This document shows, piece after piece, positions 60,220 through 64,000 of a stretch of 64,000 bases of DNA; position 1 is the stretch's first letter; each line of letters begins with the position of its first letter. The notes below the pieces were generated by a model that saw only the letters and a list, made by a program, of their open reading frames with translations, did not search any database and had not been told where the DNA came from. This DNA is from an uncultured Clostridia bacterium (lineage in GTDB: Bacteria > Bacillota > Clostridia > Christensenellales > Aristaeellaceae): contig CAKTYE010000001.1 in the NCBI GenBank assembly GCA_934631985.1, positions 7,250-71,249 on the forward strand, in the 5' to 3' direction. The position numbers and the translations under genes are program-made.

Positions 60220-61259
60220 GCTTACAGGTAGACATTAAAAAGCGCCTGGGCAGCTTCACCCTGGAAAGCGCCTTTGAGACGGAGGGCGGCGTGCTGGGCC
60301 TGCTGGGCGCGTCCGGCTGCGGCAAGAGCATGACGCTGAAATGTATTGCGGGCATTGAGAAGCCCGATGAGGGACGCATTGTGCTGGATGGGCGAGTGCT
60401 GTACGACTCCGCTGCGCATGTGAATCTGCCGCCCCAGAAGCGGCAGGTGGGCTATCTTTTCCAGAACTACGCCCTGTTTCCCAACATGACCGTGCGCCAG
60501 AACATTCTGGCGGGACTGCATCGGGAAAAGGATCAGCAGAAGCGGGAAAAGGAAATGCGGGAGGCTGTGCATTTCTTCCAGCTGGATGGGCTGGAGGATC
60601 GCCGCCCAAACCAGCTTTCCGGCGGACAGCAGCAGCGCGTTGCACTGGCCCGCATCATGGTCAACAAGCCGCAGCTGCTGATGCTGGACGAGCCGTTCTC
60701 CGCGCTGGACAGCCATCTGCGGCTGCGGCTGCAAATTGAAATGAAGGAGCTGCTGACCTCCTTCGGGCGCGATGTGCTGATGGTGACCCATAGCCGGGAC
60801 GAGGCCTATCACATGTGCAGCCACATTGCCGTGATGGAAATGGGCAGCGTGCGGGTGCTGAAGGAGACCAAGGCGCTTTTCGCAGACCCGGAGAGCATCT
60901 GCGCTGCCTCGCTGACAGGCTGCAAGAACATTGCCAAGGCCATCAAGGTGGGGGAATACGAGGTAGACGCGCCGGAATGGGGCATTCACCTGACCACCGC
61001 GCAGCCCGTGCGGGACGGCGTGGTCGCCGTGGGCATCCGTGCGCATTACTTCAACACCAAGGCCCAGCAGAACCGCCATGCCGTGACCTATGCGGGGGAG
61101 ATGGAGGAACCCTTCGAGGTCTCTGTGCGCTTTCGCTGGGAGCATCAGCAGGAGGGTACCGAGCCGCTGCTGTGGCGGGTGAACAAGGATAAGCGCGGAC
61201 AGGGCTTCCCTGAAGCGCTGGGCGTGGCCCCGGCGAACATTCTGCTGCTGTATGCCTGA
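60216..61259 (+). CDS. modC: Molybdate/tungstate ABC transporter ATP-binding protein with a C-terminal TOBE-like domain
   Basis: 347 aa from the ATG at 60216, with ATGA overlap onto modB. Walker A GASGCGKS, signature LSGGQQQRVALAR, Walker B LLMLDEPFSALD. Confidence 0.85.
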   Translation: MSLQVDIKKRLGSFTLESAFETEGGVLGLLGASGCGKSMTLKCIAGIEKPDEGRIVLDGRVLYDSAAHVNLPPQKRQVGYLFQNYALFPNMTVRQNILAGLHREKDQQKREKEMREAVHFFQLDGLEDRRPNQLSGGQQQRVALARIMVNKPQLLMLDEPFSALDSHLRLRLQIEMKELLTSFGRDVLMVTHSRDEAYHMCSHIAVMEMGSVRVLKETKALFADPESICAASLTGCKNIAKAIKVGEYEVDAPEWGIHLTTAQPVRDGVVAVGIRAHYFNTKAQQNRHAVTYAGEMEEPFEVSVRFRWEHQQEGTEPLLWRVNKDKRGQGFPEALGVAPANILLLYA

Positions 61260-61283
61260 GTAAAACAGAAGGGATGAGCGCAC

Positions 61284-62081
61284 ATGGAATTGATCGACCT
61301 CACAGAGGAGCTTGCGGCAGCCAGCCCGGCGGTGGGCAGCAGTTATCGTGCCGGGGAAACGGCGCAACCTGTGGCGTTTTCCGTGGCGGTGGAGCATTTT
61401 CTGGACGTTTATGTGAATGAGCTGCTGACCATGAAGCTGGTGTGCAGCCCATGCGCATTGCCGGAGCTGGTGCTGGGGCGGCTGTACTCCGAGGGGATGA
61501 TCTCCTCGCTGGCGGATGTGTCGCAGCTGTACCTGTGCCAATATGGCTCCCGGGCGCGGGTGACGCTGACACGGCAGGTGACTCCGGAAAAGCAGCAGGA
61601 CTTTGTGGAGACCACGGGAACCTGCTGCACGGGCAACCATGTGCTGAACAATGTGTTTCGCACGGGAAGCGCACCCCAGCCGGTCAAGCCCATTGCCTGG
61701 GAGCCTGCATGGTTCTATCAGGCGGCGGGGCTGATCCGTCAGGGGACGGAGCTGTTCAACGCCACCCACGGGGTGCATAGCTGCTACCTGATCCGCAACG
61801 GCGAGGTGCTGCTTTTCCGGGAGGATCTGGGGCGGCACAACGCGCTGGACAAGGTGATTGGTGCGGCGATGATGCAGGGCATTGACCTGACGGCCTGTGC
61901 GCTGTTTTCCAGCGGTCGCCTGCCTACGGACATGGTGGCAAAGGCCATCCGGGCAGGGGTGCCGACCCTGGCCTCGAAAGCGTCGGCAACAGAGCAGGGC
62001 ATTGCACTGGCAAAGGACTTCGGCCTGACGCTGATCACCTCGGTGCGGGAGGATCGGCTGACGGTAGCAACAGAAGCCTAA
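61284..62081 (+). CDS. fdhD: Formate dehydrogenase accessory sulfurtransferase FdhD
   Basis: 265 aa. C-terminal half matches FdhD (ED.GRHNALDKVIG, SGR...DMV.KA...G.P..AS.SA.T..GI.LA). Cys pair as GTCCTG. Confidence 0.8.
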   Translation: MELIDLTEELAAASPAVGSSYRAGETAQPVAFSVAVEHFLDVYVNELLTMKLVCSPCALPELVLGRLYSEGMISSLADVSQLYLCQYGSRARVTLTRQVTPEKQQDFVETTGTCCTGNHVLNNVFRTGSAPQPVKPIAWEPAWFYQAAGLIRQGTELFNATHGVHSCYLIRNGEVLLFREDLGRHNALDKVIGAAMMQGIDLTACALFSSGRLPTDMVAKAIRAGVPTLASKASATEQGIALAKDFGLTLITSVREDRLTVATEA

Positions 62082-62098
62082 GCGCTTCAAAAAAACGC

Positions 62099-62137
62099 AG
62101 AGAGAGACTTCGCAGCGATGCGGGATCTCTCTTTTTT
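62099..62137 (+). terminator. Intrinsic terminator after fdhD
   Basis: AGAGAGA (62101-62107) pairs with TCTCTCT (62126-62132), followed by TTTTT. Confidence 0.65.
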
Positions 62138-62189
62138 ACACATTTTGACAGAAATTGAAAGAAAGAACAAAGAAAAAGTCGAAAAAGCC

Positions 62190-62217
62190 TTGACAATGTT
62201 GGCGAAACGGATAGAAT
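62190..62217 (+). promoter_or_regulatory. Promoter of the paralog pair
   Basis: TTGACA, 16-nt spacer, TAGAAT. A ~140-nt leader follows. Confidence 0.55.
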
Positions 62218-62362
62218 AAAAGTAGATTTACAGGAAATGAAGCTGTGACAGGCATTGCATCTATATTCGAAGCCTGACACAGGAAAAGCTGAAAAGGAGG
62301 ATAGAACGCGAGGAAACATGGAGGTTTACCGGGCTGCGAAAGAATAAAAAGGAGGGCTTTTC

Positions 62363-62860
62363 ATGAAACGTTTGGTAGCATTTCTTTTGGTGTGCGTGTT
62401 GGCTTTTTCTTCAGTGGCGGCGTTGGGGGAAGAGGATGATTCGGTTGTATTCTCACCGAGCGATTTGCTTCTGTTCGCAGATGAATTAGGATATACGACT
62501 ACGCAGGATTGGACAGGCAATTCGGTTGCAAGAGCTTTGTTTTCCATAGTTGTATATGCTGATCATTTGAGTAATCAGAATGCCTCCAACTCTGACATTG
62601 ATATTGACTTCATGCAAGACAGCTTTGTCTTTGTCGATGCTGACCAGACTAGCGTAGGCCTTGCCTATAGCAATACAAAGGGTCAATATAGGATCATTCT
62701 CTTTTACCCCGATACGAAGCTTGCAGCGTACAGCCGGACGAACACTTTTGACTTCAGTGCTTCGACCATGAAGGCAAGCATAGAGTCTGTTGGATGTACG
62801 GTATACACGAATAACTTAGAAGACTTAACAGAAGTTACTAACATATTGGCAGGCGAGTAA
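62363..62860 (+). CDS. Secreted protein of unknown function, paralog 1
   Basis: 165 aa. AAAAAGGAGGG RBS. Signal peptide MKRLVAFLLVCVLAFSSVAALG. Shares blocks with the next gene (Y.TT.D, RA.FSIVV). Confidence 0.6.
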   Translation: MKRLVAFLLVCVLAFSSVAALGEEDDSVVFSPSDLLLFADELGYTTTQDWTGNSVARALFSIVVYADHLSNQNASNSDIDIDFMQDSFVFVDADQTSVGLAYSNTKGQYRIILFYPDTKLAAYSRTNTFDFSASTMKASIESVGCTVYTNNLEDLTEVTNILAGE

Positions 62861-62878
62861 AAAAAGGAGGCGCTTTTG

Positions 62879-63439
62879 ATGAAGCGTTTTGTGGCTTTTC
62901 TAATGGTATGCGTAATGGCATTCTCCGCCACCATGGCGCTGGCAGAGGCGGACATCAGCATTCCCTTTACGGTGAACCTGGTACCTGGATTGGCTGAGGA
63001 GTACAGCTATACAACGCCTATTGACTTTGTAAGCAGCGTCTCTTCACGCGCTATGTTCTCAATTGTTGTCCTTTTGGATTATACAATCTATCTGGATACG
63101 ACCACAGATGAAAGCGTGAAGAGTGACGTTGACGTAACAACGTTCTTCCCTGACTTTGAAAAGCCAAGCTATGTTTTCTTTTTCCAGGAAAAGGTTGGCG
63201 ACTTCTTCGCGGAAAATACGGTGGGCTTTGCCTTCTGCGCGCAAGACGGGGAATACAAGGCGCTGACCTATACCGCGGCAGAGAATACAGGCGCGTATTA
63301 TCCAACGCTCTTTTCACAGCTGGATGGGACGCAAACACGGGATGTGCTGGATATCATGGGCGCAATGGTGTTTGAAAATGACAAGGAAGAGCTGAGCAAG
63401 GTAACCGACGTGGTTGTTTCGGCATTCAACGCAAGGTAA
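62879..63439 (+). CDS. Secreted protein of unknown function, paralog 2
   Basis: 186 aa from the ATG at 62879 (alternative TTG at 62876). AAAAAGGAGG RBS. Signal peptide MKRFVAFLMVCVMAFSATMALA. Confidence 0.6.
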   Translation: MKRFVAFLMVCVMAFSATMALAEADISIPFTVNLVPGLAEEYSYTTPIDFVSSVSSRAMFSIVVLLDYTIYLDTTTDESVKSDVDVTTFFPDFEKPSYVFFFQEKVGDFFAENTVGFAFCAQDGEYKALTYTAAENTGAYYPTLFSQLDGTQTRDVLDIMGAMVFENDKEELSKVTDVVVSAFNAR

Positions 63440-63465
63440 TCAACACGGTTGTTTCGGCATTCAAC
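63412..63465 (+). repeat. 19-nt perfect direct repeat spanning the stop codon of paralog 2
   Basis: GGTTGTTTCGGCATTCAAC occurs at 63412-63430 and at 63447-63465. Each copy is followed by a stop within 9 nt. Confidence 0.85.
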
Positions 63466-63475
63466 TAAAGCAAAA

Positions 63476-63518
63476 CCGCCTGCATCCTGTTTGTCAGGAT
63501 GCAGGCGGCTTCTTTTTT
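63476..63518. terminator. Bidirectional intrinsic terminator between convergent genes
   Basis: 14-bp perfect stem CCGCCTGCATCCTG/CAGGATGCAGGCGG, 5-nt loop, then CTTCTTTTTT. An A-rich stretch precedes it. Confidence 0.85.
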
Positions 63519-63525
63519 ATACCCG

Positions 63526-64000
63526 TCAATACCGAATAGCCCCGGAGGAATACAGCACTCGCTGGGTGTCCGCGCCTGCCACGCCGTCGGCGTTCAGGCC
63601 GTTCTTCTGCTGGAAGGTGGTCACGGCGGCGACAGTCAGATCGTCATACACGCCCGTGGCTTCCGTCACCATGTAGCCCAGCTGGGACAGCATGTCCTGA
63701 AGCTGCACCACCTCGTCACCCTTGTCACCATAGCGGAGGGTGGTGTAATTGGTGTTGGGGGCGTTGGCGCTTACCGCGCTGCCGGAATACAGCACCTTCA
63801 GCGTGCTGCTGCCTGCCACGCCGTCCACGGACAGGCCGTTGTTGATCTGAAACTGCCGCACCGCGTCCTTGGTGGTGCTGCCGTAAATGCCGTTGATCTT
63901 ACCGTCAAAATAGCCCAGCTCATACAGGGCGTATTGCAGGTTGGTGACGGCGGTTCCCTCGTCATATTCCCGCAGGGTGGAGTAGCTGGTGGAGGCGCTG
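63526..64000 (-). CDS. Peptidoglycan-binding (PG_binding_1) repeat protein, C-terminal part (5' end lies beyond the window)
   Basis: The frame is open to the window edge; I translated 63862-63999 by hand and found no stops. Three repeats of V..LQ..L..LGY....G.Y...T..AV..FQ..NGL..DGVAG..T are present. Confidence 0.75.
   Translation of the reverse strand, partial: SASTSYSTLREYDEGTAVTNLQYALYELGYFDGKINGIYGSTTKDAVRQFQINNGLSVDGVAGSSTLKVLYSGSAVSANAPNTNYTTLRYGDKGDEVVQLQDMLSQLGYMVTEATGVYDDLTVAAVTTFQQKNGLNADGVAGADTQRVLYSSGAIRY

Overview
The window looks like a chromosomal segment of a high-GC, Clostridia-type Firmicute. That placement is an inference from the protein families present (GerMN, RqcH, AddB, DnaD plus a DnaC/DnaI-like loader, NusG_II/Gx transporter, type II dehydroquinase), and I ran no database search. 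I call about 60 protein genes, mostly housekeeping:
- tldD/pmbA
- a translationally coupled dnaD / dnaC-like / ArsC-family trio
- a flavodoxin + FecCD-type ABC importer + CbiK-like chelatase locus
- a split chrA pair
- deoC
- a nuclease-DinG-type helicase
- rqcH
- pyrC-pyrK-pyrD-pyrF
- an L,D-transpeptidase
- an FMN-bind/NusG_II/Gx cluster
- an ABC-F protein with a long leader
- aroE-aroQ
- an MsbA-like exporter
- a GNAT-mannose-6-phosphate isomerase fusion
- an Rrf2 regulator
- tcdA, pyk, tRNA-Thr(GGU), addB without addA, thrC, modBC, fdhD
- the 3' end of a peptidoglycan-binding protein

I found no CRISPR array, rRNA, transposase, integrase or recognisable defence system.

The features that ordinary annotation does not explain are:
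1. A roughly 600-nt gene-free, hairpin-dense region at 48.7-49.3 kb, which may be a large structured RNA.
2. A dispersed ~58-nt nested-palindrome repeat family with four copies. Two copies are about 97% identical, and the others keep the structure while the stem sequence changes.
3. A cluster of DnaA-box-like 9-mers in a convergent intergenic region at 24.1-24.3 kb.
4. A metal or tetrapyrrole uptake locus with three palindromic operator candidates.
5. An orphan addB followed by a 136-aa mini P-loop protein.
6. Four low-GC islets that encode only small secreted or membrane proteins, one of which sits beside a truncated sigma factor.

All functional calls rest on motif and family recognition by eye. 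Start codons were chosen from RBS spacing read in the sequence.
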